Source of the DNA: an uncultured Bdellovibrionales bacterium
GTDB lineage: Bacteria > Bdellovibrionota_C > UBA2361 > SZUA-149 > DAOLCO01
NCBI GenBank assembly: GCA_964472005.1
Contig: CAYYIQ010000001.1
Coordinates: 1 to 48,238 of the forward strand
Reading direction: 5' to 3'
Length of the DNA stretch: 48,238 nt
In this document: in pieces, positions 17,178 to 26,175 of the stretch
Numbering within the stretch: position 1 is the stretch's first letter
How the letters are laid out: each line of letters starts with the position of its first letter
Notes under the pieces: generated by a model
The model's database searches: none
Told to the model about the DNA's origin: nothing
Seen by the model: the letters and a program-made list of their open reading frames with translations, nothing else
Translations under genes and position numbers: made by a program

Positions 17178-17798
17178 CTATTTTTTTAATCTATTTTTAC
17201 TTGAAAAATCTTTTCCTAAAAATTTTCTAACGGTTTCTTCACCATCAGCAACAAATAATTTAATAGCTTCGGCACCAATTTTTATCGATTCCCCAAGCAA
17301 ATTTAAATCCTCACCATATGGTTTGGTTAAAACCCAATCTTTAACTTCCATCGAAGGAGTTTTAGAAGACCGTGGATGACCAATTCCAACACGTAATCTA
17401 AAAAACTGGTCCGAACCTAATCTAGAAATAATATCCGAAACACCGTTATGTCCGCCTGCTGAACCAGCAAACTTAATTTTGACTGTTCCGCAGGGAAAAT
17501 CTAAATCATCATAAACCACGAGAAGCCGTGTATCAGAATTCATCCATTTTAAAGCCTCGTAAACCGAAGTTCCACTGAGGTTCATAAAGGTTTGAGGTTT
17601 GATCGCTAAAAATTTAACATCGGACTTATTTGACTCAACCGAATCCTCTATCTTTAAGGATTTAAGTTTTTTGTCTTCCGACCAACTAGTTGCGGTCCTA
17701 CCATACTTTCTTATAAATTCGTCAACTACTAAAAAACCTACGTTATGACGAGTTTCCTCGTACTTTCTACCGGGATTTCCTAAACCAACTATCAGCAC
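17178..17798 (-). CDS. pth: peptidyl-tRNA hydrolase
   Basis: LIVGLGNPGRKYEETRHNVGF and GGHNGV motifs; 206 aa. Confidence 0.95.
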   Translation of the reverse strand: MLIVGLGNPGRKYEETRHNVGFLVVDEFIRKYGRTATSWSEDKKLKSLKIEDSVESNKSDVKFLAIKPQTFMNLSGTSVYEALKWMNSDTRLLVVYDDLDFPCGTVKIKFAGSAGGHNGVSDIISRLGSDQFFRLRVGIGHPRSSKTPSMEVKDWVLTKPYGEDLNLLGESIKIGAEAIKLFVADGEETVRKFLGKDFSSKNRLKK

Positions 17799-17839
17799 GC
17801 CGAAATCCCTATTTAAACATTAATGAAAAATGTAAGTGC

Positions 17840-18478
17840 CTATTTTTTTGCGGCTGGCTCAGCGGCTGGAGTCGCTGCAACTGCTGCAGTTTCTTCCTCT
17901 ACTTCGGCGACCTTACTCTTTCTATCAACCATTGCGGTAACAATTGTTAACCCGGATGGACTTTTTAATGAAATGTTCTCTGGCAATGGAATATCGGAAG
18001 CATGTATCGAATCACCAGGAGCTAATTTAGATGCGTCCACTGTAAAACCCTCTGGGATTGCAGTAGGAAAACATTCAATTGAGATATCGTAAGCAGTTTG
18101 ATTCAGAGTCGCAGTACCTTCTTTTACAGAATTTGGAACTCCAGTAACTGTAACAGGTACGCTTACAACAACATTGTGATCATGGGCCACTGCGATAAAT
18201 TCAACGTGCATTACTTGACCTTTTATAGGCTCGATTTGCACATCTTTAACCAAAGATAGCTTGCCATTTAAGTCAGACTCACCTTTGAACATGAAAATTT
18301 GAGTATGAGGTTTTCCTCGGGCACTCATAATAAAAGAGTGTCTATCTAAAGTGACAGAGACCGATTCACCACCTGGTTGATAAACAACTGCTGGTAATTG
18401 TCCCGCTTTTCTTAAACGACGTGAATTGGATGAACCTATAGTTTCACGACCGGTAATTTGAATTTCGATTGTTTCCAC
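17840..18478 (-). CDS. rplY: 50S ribosomal protein L25 / general stress protein Ctc form
   Basis: 212 aa. The N-terminal L25 domain has RRLRKAGQLPAVVYQPGGESVSV, followed by the Ctc-type C-terminal domain. Confidence 0.93.
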   Translation of the reverse strand: METIEIQITGRETIGSSNSRRLRKAGQLPAVVYQPGGESVSVTLDRHSFIMSARGKPHTQIFMFKGESDLNGKLSLVKDVQIEPIKGQVMHVEFIAVAHDHNVVVSVPVTVTGVPNSVKEGTATLNQTAYDISIECFPTAIPEGFTVDASKLAPGDSIHASDIPLPENISLKSPSGLTIVTAMVDRKSKVAEVEEETAAVAATPAAEPAAKK

Positions 18479-18794
18479 AGAAATATGCCCTTAACTGGCT
18501 AAATAAAGATTATAAAGTTGGCATCACTTATCAAAAGTGAGCAATAGACTCAATAGCATTTAGCTCTAAAGTTCACTAATTTTCACTAAATTTGGTGAGA
18601 TTATTGACTATTACGTGATATTTTTCAATTTTAGAGACTATTTTCAAGTAAGATAGCGAAAAAGCGCTAGCAAATCCAGTTATCAACTAAATTAGTAGCC
18701 AATTAGATCAAGCATGCAATTCCGCCTACTCTGTCGATATTTAAAGTACACTAGGCTTACGAATTAAAATCGCCTGAAATGCGGAACCAATAGT

Positions 18795-19487
18795 TTATTG
18801 ATATGAAATTGGGTCTTCTTTTCCTAGCTTCTTAAAAGCTTCCTTCCGGAGCGTACAGGCATCGCAAATCCCGCATGAATGACCTTCACTGTTAGGATTG
18901 TAACAAGTTATAGTTTGAGAGTAGTCAACTCCTAACTCAAGACCTCTTTCTATGATCTGAGCCTTAGTTAAATTAATTAAAGGAGTATGTATCCTAATTG
19001 AATTCTCTTCCGTTCCTATTCGAGTCGCAAGATTTGCCATTATCTCAAAAGCCTTAAAATAGTCAGGACGGCAATCGGGATAACCACTGTAATCTAAATT
19101 ATTTGCGCCGATGAAGATATCGTTAATTTTTAAGACCTCTGCCCATGCTAAAGCATATGTTAAAAAAATTGTATTTCTTGCTGGGACATATGTTGAAGGT
19201 ATCCCTTGTCCAATTTCTGCAAGACTACGACCATGCTCTACTTCAAGGTCGCTGGTTAGCGAAGAACCGCCAAAAGACCCAAGATCTATGGTTACCATTT
19301 TATGCTGTAGGATTTTATTGTCGCGTACTATTCGTTCTGCGGCTTTGATTTCAAATTTATTCCTTTGACCGTATTCAAAAGTCATTGCAAAAAGCTCTGT
19401 ATACCCTTTGGAGGATGCTATTTTCACAACAGTTGAGGAATCCAGCCCTCCTGATAACAGCACGATCGCTTTCTTGCTATGACCCAT
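18795..19487 (-). CDS. queC: 7-cyano-7-deazaguanine synthase QueC
   Basis: PP-loop AIVLLSGGLDSST and a C-terminal Zn Cys cluster (CYNPNSEGHSCGICDACTLR); 230 aa. Confidence 0.93.
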   Translation of the reverse strand: MGHSKKAIVLLSGGLDSSTVVKIASSKGYTELFAMTFEYGQRNKFEIKAAERIVRDNKILQHKMVTIDLGSFGGSSLTSDLEVEHGRSLAEIGQGIPSTYVPARNTIFLTYALAWAEVLKINDIFIGANNLDYSGYPDCRPDYFKAFEIMANLATRIGTEENSIRIHTPLINLTKAQIIERGLELGVDYSQTITCYNPNSEGHSCGICDACTLRKEAFKKLGKEDPISYQ

Positions 19488-19502
19488 ACGCTGATTGAAA
19501 TT

Positions 19503-20465
19503 CTAAGGTTCTTCTGGTGAGAATAAAACACTCACTGACTCATCGAGATGAATACGTTTTATCGCTTCTGCTATTAACGGTGCTACTGAGATTTTGGTTA
19601 ACCAATCAGATGTGTCTTTCGTAACCAAGTCAGAATGGTAAATAGAATCGCTTGTTATGAGCTGTTTAATATTGCTTTTCGGTAGTGCTACTTTTGCATT
19701 TCCAGATAGTACAGCATGTGATGCTAAGGCATAAACTTCAGTAGCACCTTGTTCAAGTAACGAGTCCGCAGCTTTAATCATCGTGCCGCCTGTATCGATC
19801 ATATCATCTACAATAATTGCAGCCTTACCTTTAACATCACCAACAACGTTCATTTCAGCGACTTCATTTGGTCCACTACGACGTTTATCAATAATAGCTA
19901 ATCCGCAGTTCATTCTTTTTGCGTAGGCTCGCGCCCTCGCAACACCACCAGCATCTGGTGAAACGATAATTAAATCCTTATCGTAAAAACATTCGTTCAT
20001 ATAATTCAATAGAACAGGACGTCCATAAAGATTATCAACTGGAACATTAAAAAATCCCATTACCTGTCCGGCGTGAAGATCCATTGTCAAAACTCTGTCG
20101 CAACCAGCGCACACTATGATATCCGCGACTAATTTGGCTGTGATTGCAACTCTCGGTTTTGTTTTACGATCTTGTCGCGCGTATCCAAAATATGGAAGTA
20201 CGGCTGTAATGCGTTTTGCACTCGCCCTTCGAAGTGCGTCCATCGTAATCAAAAGTTCCATCAAATGATCATTGCCGGGACTACTCGTACTTTGAATTAT
20301 GAAAACATCTTTACCTCTGACATTTTCCCTAATTTCAACTCCGATTTCGCCGTCACTGAAACGTCTGACATCTGACGATGTTAGCTCTACGCCAAGTTCA
20401 GCTGAGATTGATTTTGCTAGAGGTGGATTAGACCTCCCTGCTATTATTGCAAGATTTCCGCGCAC
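19503..20465 (-). CDS. prs: ribose-phosphate pyrophosphokinase
   Basis: Motifs YFGYARQDRK, DLHAGQVMGFF and PRPP loop IVDDMIDTGGT. GTG start. Confidence 0.96.
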   Translation of the reverse strand: MRGNLAIIAGRSNPPLAKSISAELGVELTSSDVRRFSDGEIGVEIRENVRGKDVFIIQSTSSPGNDHLMELLITMDALRRASAKRITAVLPYFGYARQDRKTKPRVAITAKLVADIIVCAGCDRVLTMDLHAGQVMGFFNVPVDNLYGRPVLLNYMNECFYDKDLIIVSPDAGGVARARAYAKRMNCGLAIIDKRRSGPNEVAEMNVVGDVKGKAAIIVDDMIDTGGTMIKAADSLLEQGATEVYALASHAVLSGNAKVALPKSNIKQLITSDSIYHSDLVTKDTSDWLTKISVAPLIAEAIKRIHLDESVSVLFSPEEP

Positions 20466-20847
20466 AATTTTCCGTGGTAGATTTTGATAACTAGTTAATG
20501 TTAATCTTATTTATTAAGACTGTCTAGTGTTTGGCAAATATTTTAACTTTTACTAACGCTGTTATTAGTGGGCAATACTTACATGTGCCTTATGGCTAAG
20601 TGTTGGTTTTGATTTTTACTTGTTAATTTATTGCTTGCTACGAATTTTTCTTAGAGACCGTAGGTACGAATGGCGAATATTAAGGTTGATCAACATATTG
20701 AGAACAAAGTATGCTTAAATAACCTTAACCTTTTAAGCATGATGGAGGGTTGGGATGCGTGGCCGTCGAACAAGCTACTACTACTTTTATCAAGTAAACT
20801 TCTCATTAGCTTGACTCCTAATATTGTATAAATCACAATAAAAGGAG

Positions 20848-20918
20848 CTGGGCGGGGAGGGATCGAACCTCCGATGGCTGGACCAAAACCAGCTGCCTTA
20901 CCGCTTGGCTACCGCCCA
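20848..20918 (-). tRNA. tRNA-Gln (anticodon TTG)
   Basis: The reverse complement folds as follows. Acceptor TGGGCGG/CCGCCCA (U1-A72 as in Gln tRNAs), anticodon stem GCTGG/CCAGC, loop TTTTGGT, T arm GGAGG-TTCGATC-CCTCC, discriminator G. Confidence 0.9.
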
Positions 20919-21216
20919 ATATTTTTTTATGCAAAAGAAAGAAACCAAATGCGAGAGCGCGTTTATCACGACTATTCATTCCCTTCAAGCCTTGTTTTTG
21001 AAAAAAAATAACGCACTTCTATAGTCAACTTTAAAATGATGGTCGATTTAACTCTTTTGACGCAGTTTTTTATGACTAGCAGGCTTATTTGGTCTATTTG
21101 TGAGCCTAACGAGGTATTACAAAGACAAACTCAAATCTAGCGAAAATCGCGGTACTTAGAGCAACCTGGCCGCTTTTAGTCGACTTTCAAAATAAGCTCT
21201 GTCCCAGAGTTTTTTT

Positions 21217-22266
21217 TTAAAAATGTATGGCAGATTCTTCCACCCACCAATTTTTACCCATGGAGTTTTTAAATCCAGTCTTAACTTCGCTTAGATTTTG
21301 ATTACTTTCAAAAAAGGAAACCAAGGAACTACCACTGCCTGACAAGAATGAAACACTCGCTCCCTTTTCAAGAAAATAGTTTTTTGCAGATCTTAAATCA
21401 GGAATTTGTGAAAAAACGTTTTCTTCAAAGTCGTTATAAAAATATCGCTCGACCGACCCCGCTAGCTGCACCTCGCGACCGCCTATGCCGTCAATCAATT
21501 TAGCAATCTCGCTAGGGAATTCTCCTTGCAACATCCCACGTAGATATTTTAACGATAAAAGTCCCCTTTCCTCATGCTCAACAGATTTCTCACTTCTCCT
21601 TCGATTTAGAGAAGAGTATGCTAAAGATGTAGCCGAACCGATCGGAGGCTTACTAATCAAAACTTTTAAGTCTTTGATTGAATTTGTCGGATTGCGAATA
21701 ACGAACAATTGATCCGAACTCATTAGAGAGAAAGAAGGATTTTCAAAGAGACAAGGGTATACGTCCGCACTAACTTGTTTAGCGACGTTTATAATATCAA
21801 CATCTGGAATTGAAAATTCACGTTGGAGTAAACGCAAAGCACAAGCAGCGTCCGCACTACCTCCGCCCAAGCCCGCTTCACTTGGCAAATTCTTAAAAAT
21901 CTTAATTTTAACGTCCGCAGACTTATCTATTTTATTTAAAAGTAAACTAACCGCCTTCTGGGCATCATTTTTTTCATTCGAGACAGAATCTAAGTAGTCA
22001 CTGGGGTCGATCTTTTGATATTTGAGGTGTTCCTTTAGTTGCTCAGAGAGACTAACTTCAGTTGTAATTTTAGCGCTGTCACTAGGTCGAATCTCTATGC
22101 AAACATCATCTGAGATATCGAGTCTGACATAAAAAGTTTCAATCCGATGTAAGTTGCTTTTAACGGACCGATCACCTACCCCGAGAAACAGATTAGTCTT
22201 TGCCCAAGCCCTACCTTTAATTAAAGATGATTTTACAGCTAGATTCTTGTTAGATTTCATTTGCAC
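21217..22266 (-). CDS. ispE: 4-diphosphocytidyl-2-C-methyl-D-erythritol kinase (GHMP kinase)
   Basis: N-terminal AKTNLFLGV and GHMP motif NLPSEAGLGGGSADAACAL. It sits in the conserved position upstream of tRNA-Gln and prs. At 349 aa it is longer than usual. The start is GTG 22266 or ATG 22260. Confidence 0.85.
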   Translation of the reverse strand: MQMKSNKNLAVKSSLIKGRAWAKTNLFLGVGDRSVKSNLHRIETFYVRLDISDDVCIEIRPSDSAKITTEVSLSEQLKEHLKYQKIDPSDYLDSVSNEKNDAQKAVSLLLNKIDKSADVKIKIFKNLPSEAGLGGGSADAACALRLLQREFSIPDVDIINVAKQVSADVYPCLFENPSFSLMSSDQLFVIRNPTNSIKDLKVLISKPPIGSATSLAYSSLNRRRSEKSVEHEERGLLSLKYLRGMLQGEFPSEIAKLIDGIGGREVQLAGSVERYFYNDFEENVFSQIPDLRSAKNYFLEKGASVSFLSGSGSSLVSFFESNQNLSEVKTGFKNSMGKNWWVEESAIHF

Positions 22267-22613
22267 GAATTAGTTTTATTCTGATAATTAAGCAAAACTT
22301 AGTTCAGCCTTTTACTTTAGATAGGCCTACGAAGTAAATTTTAAGTGTCGCGTTTAACCTAAAATAATAATTGTTAATTTTATTATAAGTAGCTTTGGCC
22401 ATATCGAGAAATTAGGTTAAAAACTTTTATCTTTATACTGTTTGCTTTTAAGTTCATTTAGCAATAATTAAACGCGGTTACTGAAGTACATAAATATCAT
22501 CTCAATTAGAACCCATTTCGAGGGATGAGAATATAAATATGTAATAGAATTTGTGAACTGGCTTAGCTAGTTTTTTTAATAAACGTAAATGATTAATAGA
22601 ATGTGGTGAAAGT

Positions 22614-22811
22614 ATGGAGGGGTCAGGAATTTCTTATCCTAAATGTCAAAAGTGTAATCAAGGCGTGTTGATACCATTGTCTGACTATGGCCAGGAAGGT
22701 GCAGCAGTGACTTACAAAGCCTGGGTTTGTATAAATCCGGAATGTGGTTTTTCACTTAGAATCGATAAAGGTGAAGTCACATACGGACGTAAGGTTCAAC
22801 CGAAGTCTTAA
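22614..22811 (+). CDS. small zinc-ribbon protein (hypothetical)
   Basis: 65 aa with two CxxC pairs (CQKCNQG ... CINPECG). It is an isolated gene flanked by ~350-bp and ~315-bp AT-rich spacers. Confidence 0.5.
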   Translation: MEGSGISYPKCQKCNQGVLIPLSDYGQEGAAVTYKAWVCINPECGFSLRIDKGEVTYGRKVQPKS

Positions 22812-22825
22812 AATTCACAAAAACT

Positions 22826-22888
22826 GCTTAGTACTTCACTAGTGTAGAATTTCAATTGGAAATTTTATTTATTGGTGCAGTACTAAGC
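22826..22888. repeat. 10-bp perfect inverted repeat downstream of the zinc-ribbon ORF
   Basis: GCTTAGTACT (22826..22835) pairs with AGTACTAAGC (22879..22888), 43 nt apart. An inner AT-rich palindrome (aatttc-aattg-gaaatt) lies between them. It could act as a terminator or a protein-binding site. Confidence 0.4.
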
Positions 22889-23127
22889 TCGCAAACTATA
22901 ATTTAACTCTGACTACATCCCGAATTTTCGATCGCTTAATATCCATACACGAAATTCATCTTCAAAAATCTTCAGACCGTCGCACGTGTCGATCAACATA
23001 ATCCAGATATAATTAATGCTTATAGGGATATTAGAACACCGGTTTACGGTAAGTGACTAGTCTTTCCACCAGGAGATCGAGATACCTAACCCACAATAAA
23101 AACTTTGCCAATATCAGCTGGCAGTGT

Positions 23128-25035
23128 TTAGCTCAAAGGAATTTCCAAGAGAGCTTTATTTTTTAACTGTAGAAATCTAATCTTTCTTTCGATCTCTCCA
23201 GTAGGCAAGGTGTGTAGTTCTCCCGTGACTCCCATTAACGCAGGTGCCGAACTAATTGACACAACTTCTTTACCTTCGATTGGTTGAAAACTTGATGTTT
23301 GATACGCATTTAGGATAAATTTAGTTGCATCATAACTTTGAGCAGACAGTAAATCTGGCAGCTCTTTATAAGTAGCTTTATAATTTTCAACGAAGTTTTT
23401 GACAATTGGATCTTGAGAATTAGGATTAAACAAACTTACCAAAAATATCCCCTCTAACAATTGAGAATAAATTGATACTTGCTGCAAGTCGGCAGTAATT
23501 GCGGACCCGAAAAGAGGTATGGTGCTTAGTTCTGGATTTTGTTTTATTTCCCTTAATAATGGTTCTAACCTCGAAGGTAGGTCAACTACTACTATGCCCT
23601 GGGGACGACTCTCCACAATTTGCGAAACAGCTGCAGCAATACTTTGTAAATCGTTATTCGAATATTCAACAATTCGATAAGAATTTTGAGGGTTTTTCCC
23701 ATTTAAACTAAGCGCGGCATCTTTAAACTCATAACCAAGTTCATCATTCGGCAAAAATATTAGCAAATCACTGAGTCCTAAATTTTTTCGGGCAAATTTT
23801 GAGATTTCAGCTAGTTGATTCTCCACAGTCGCTCCTAGCCTAAATAACCCGACCGAGGAATCAGGCAATCCACGTTTTTTCGCAAAAGTTATTGCGGGCA
23901 CACCTAAGCTTGCACTGATAGATGAAATCTCTTCAGTGTCCTTAACAAGTAGAGGCCCGAAAATAGCGCTAACTTTTTCCATGTTTACTAGCTTAAGGTA
24001 GGCCTGTGTTGGAGCAAATACATTAGAATCTTCTCTAAGAAGAGGTGTAGCAATCGATGACTCGTTAAGCGCAAGCTGAATACCATTCGAAACTCTTTCC
24101 GCATGTTGACTATAGGTTCCTGTAAGCGGCAGAATTGCTCCAAATTTTAAATCTTTTATTGTAGGAATTTCCTCTATCGCTCCCTTCGCAACCCCCTCAG
24201 ACTGGATAGAATCATCTTGTGAGCTACTGGTAACATTTTGGGGAACTTGAGGAACGCTCGGAGAACTGTAGTAATTTGGATCGAAATATTCACTTAAAGA
24301 GCTTTGCGATAGTACGCTTCCTCCACGTAACCTTCTTTCTTTTTCTTCGGTTAGCAGTGACGAAACGAATGCATCATTTTCCCACTTCCTGTTTAAGTCA
24401 CTCAGTGATTTAGACGGTTGTACGCGAGCTAATTGCCGACTGACTCTACGAGCTTCTTGGGCGATCGGCCCAGAGCCTGATGCGGCCTTATATGTTTGAC
24501 CAAACCACGCGAAGGCTTAGTTAACATCTCCTGGTTGCAGATAGGCATAACCTGTTAGAAGTGAGAATCTAGAATCTAACTGGGTTGGTTTAACACCTTT
24601 TTTCGTAGAATATTTTGTAATAGTGGCTAGCGCCTCTTTACCTTTCCCAGATTTTAAATAGGTACTAGTTAAAAGAAGGAGAGCAGTCTCAGCTTCTTCG
24701 GCAGATTTGGACATTCCGAGCGATTTAGAATAGGCGTCAATCGCATCATTTAAGTTCCCCTCAGTACTGCTTCGATTACCAGCCTTTATTGCTTCATTAC
24801 CGTAGTCCTTGAGATTCCAAACTTCCCACGGAGCAAGAGGAATAGTTTTAATTTGGGTGGTAGGAACAGAATGAGAAATTGGTAAATTTCGATTAGCTCT
24901 TGGTATCCGATTTTGCACGCACGCTGAAAGAAAAAAAACATGCGCTAATATAACCAGAAATAACGTTGGGTAATATCTAGTCGAAGAATTCTTTAACCTT
25001 ATCAAAAAAACTTCGATCGTTGTGTTCCTCAACAT
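23128..25035 (-). pseudogene. TPR + type-1 periplasmic-binding-fold lipoprotein (LpoA/LppC-like architecture) interrupted by one in-frame TAA at 24517..24519
   Basis: ORF-track entries 24517..25107 and 23128..23982 share one reading frame. The 534 nt between them are stop-free and also lack any start codon. The joined product has a lipoprotein signal (VFFLSAC), TPR-like helices, a linker, and a LivK-like domain starting FGAILPLTGTYSQHAERVSNGIQLALNE. The likely start is ATG 25035, which has GAAGG 8 nt upstream. Confidence 0.7.
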
Positions 25036-26086
25036 TTGGTATGCCTTCAATTTTACCAAGTTCTTCAAGAAGTTGGCGATGTTTATCATTAACTTTTTTA
25101 GGGACAATTACGTAAACTCTTGCGTGCTGATCACCTTTAATTCCAGTTTGAACATCAGGTAGCCCCTGACCCTTTAGCCTAAAGACCTTTCCTGTAGCAG
25201 TTCCTGTTGGAATTTTTACCTTTATTTTACCATATAATGTTGGGACCTCAACCTCCGCTCCTAAAACAGCCTGTGAGTATGACAATGGCAATTCAGTGAT
25301 AATTTCTGTACCTTGCCGCTTGAAACGCTTATCTGCCTTAACGTGAAGCTCTACGTAAAGATCACCTGGAATGCCATCCGTAATAACTTCTCCTTCACCG
25401 CGTAATTTAAGCTTTTGTCCGGTATCGATTCCTGCTGGAACTTTAACAAGAAGTTCGGAGTCTTTTTGGATCTGTCCAGCGCCGCCACAAGATGGACATG
25501 GATCAGATATCATCACACCATTACCCCGACAAACGGGACAAGGTCTAGAGATCCTAAAGAAACCTTCTTGAGCTGTGATTTGTCCATGACCCGAACAATG
25601 CTTACATCTTTCGGGATTACTACCTGGCCGACAACCGCTGCCAGTGCAAGGTTCGCATGGTACGGGCCTGCGGAGTTTTATAGTTTTGGTAATTCCAGTC
25701 GCGCTCTCCGCTAAGGTAATTTCCATTCTATATTGAAGATCTCGACCACTTGGAGTTCGACTTTGGTTGCCTGCACCACCCATCCCAAAGAATGCGCCAA
25801 AGATATCACCAAATAAATCGTCACCAAAGATGCTACTAAAATCTCCAAACCCTTGCCCACCTTGAAATGCGGAGTGTCCGAATCTATCGTACTTTGCTCT
25901 ATTTTCCGCATTACTTAGTACTTGATAAGCCTCAGTCGCCTCTTTAAACTTCTCTTCGGCTTCGGGATTGTTGGGATTTTTGTCAGGATGGTAAGTTACA
26001 GCAAGCTTTCTATAAGATTTTTTAATTTCGTCACCAGATGCCGTCCGAGCTACGGAAAGAATCTCGTAATAATCACGCTTTGTCAC
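24977..26086 (-). CDS. dnaJ: molecular chaperone DnaJ
   Basis: J domain (DYYEILSV...YHPDKNP), a Gly/Phe region, and four CxxCxGxG zinc-finger repeats (CEPCTGSG, CKHCSGHG, CPVCRGNG, CPSCGGAG). GTG start with AGGATGG upstream. Confidence 0.96.
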   Translation of the reverse strand: MTKRDYYEILSVARTASGDEIKKSYRKLAVTYHPDKNPNNPEAEEKFKEATEAYQVLSNAENRAKYDRFGHSAFQGGQGFGDFSSIFGDDLFGDIFGAFFGMGGAGNQSRTPSGRDLQYRMEITLAESATGITKTIKLRRPVPCEPCTGSGCRPGSNPERCKHCSGHGQITAQEGFFRISRPCPVCRGNGVMISDPCPSCGGAGQIQKDSELLVKVPAGIDTGQKLKLRGEGEVITDGIPGDLYVELHVKADKRFKRQGTEIITELPLSYSQAVLGAEVEVPTLYGKIKVKIPTGTATGKVFRLKGQGLPDVQTGIKGDQHARVYVIVPKKVNDKHRQLLEELGKIEGIPNVEEHNDRSFFDKVKEFFD

Positions 26087-26105
26087 ACTATACCATCCTG
26101 AAATT

Positions 26106-26132
26106 ATGCGGGACTAAAGTTGTGTCCCGCAT
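26106..26132 (-). promoter_or_regulatory. intercistronic stem-loop between dnaK and dnaJ
   Basis: ATGCGGGAC (26106..26114) pairs with GTCCCGCAT (26124..26132). That is a 9-bp GC-rich stem with a 9-nt loop and no U-tract, so it is more likely an attenuating or processing hairpin than a full terminator. Confidence 0.5.
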
Positions 26133-26175
26133 CAATACAAATTTACTACCAAACTGAAAGATTTTGAAGAAGTAA

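Noticed and set aside
21217-22266. Unusually long IspE (349 aa) as a possible fusion
   Set aside because: The extra length is spread over internal loop insertions between recognisable GHMP motifs. There is no separate added domain.
24517-24519. Genome-wide reassignment of TAA as a sense codon
   Set aside because: TAA clearly terminates well-conserved genes at their expected ends in this window, for example dnaK at 26176..26178 and mrdA at 36063..36065.
25036-25107. The first 24 codons of ORF 24517..25107 (MSLKKLMINIANFLKNLVKLKAYQ)
   Set aside because: This stretch lies entirely within the 3' end of dnaJ. ATG 25035 has a GAAGG SD and yields a normal lipoprotein signal peptide. TTG 25005 is an alternative start.
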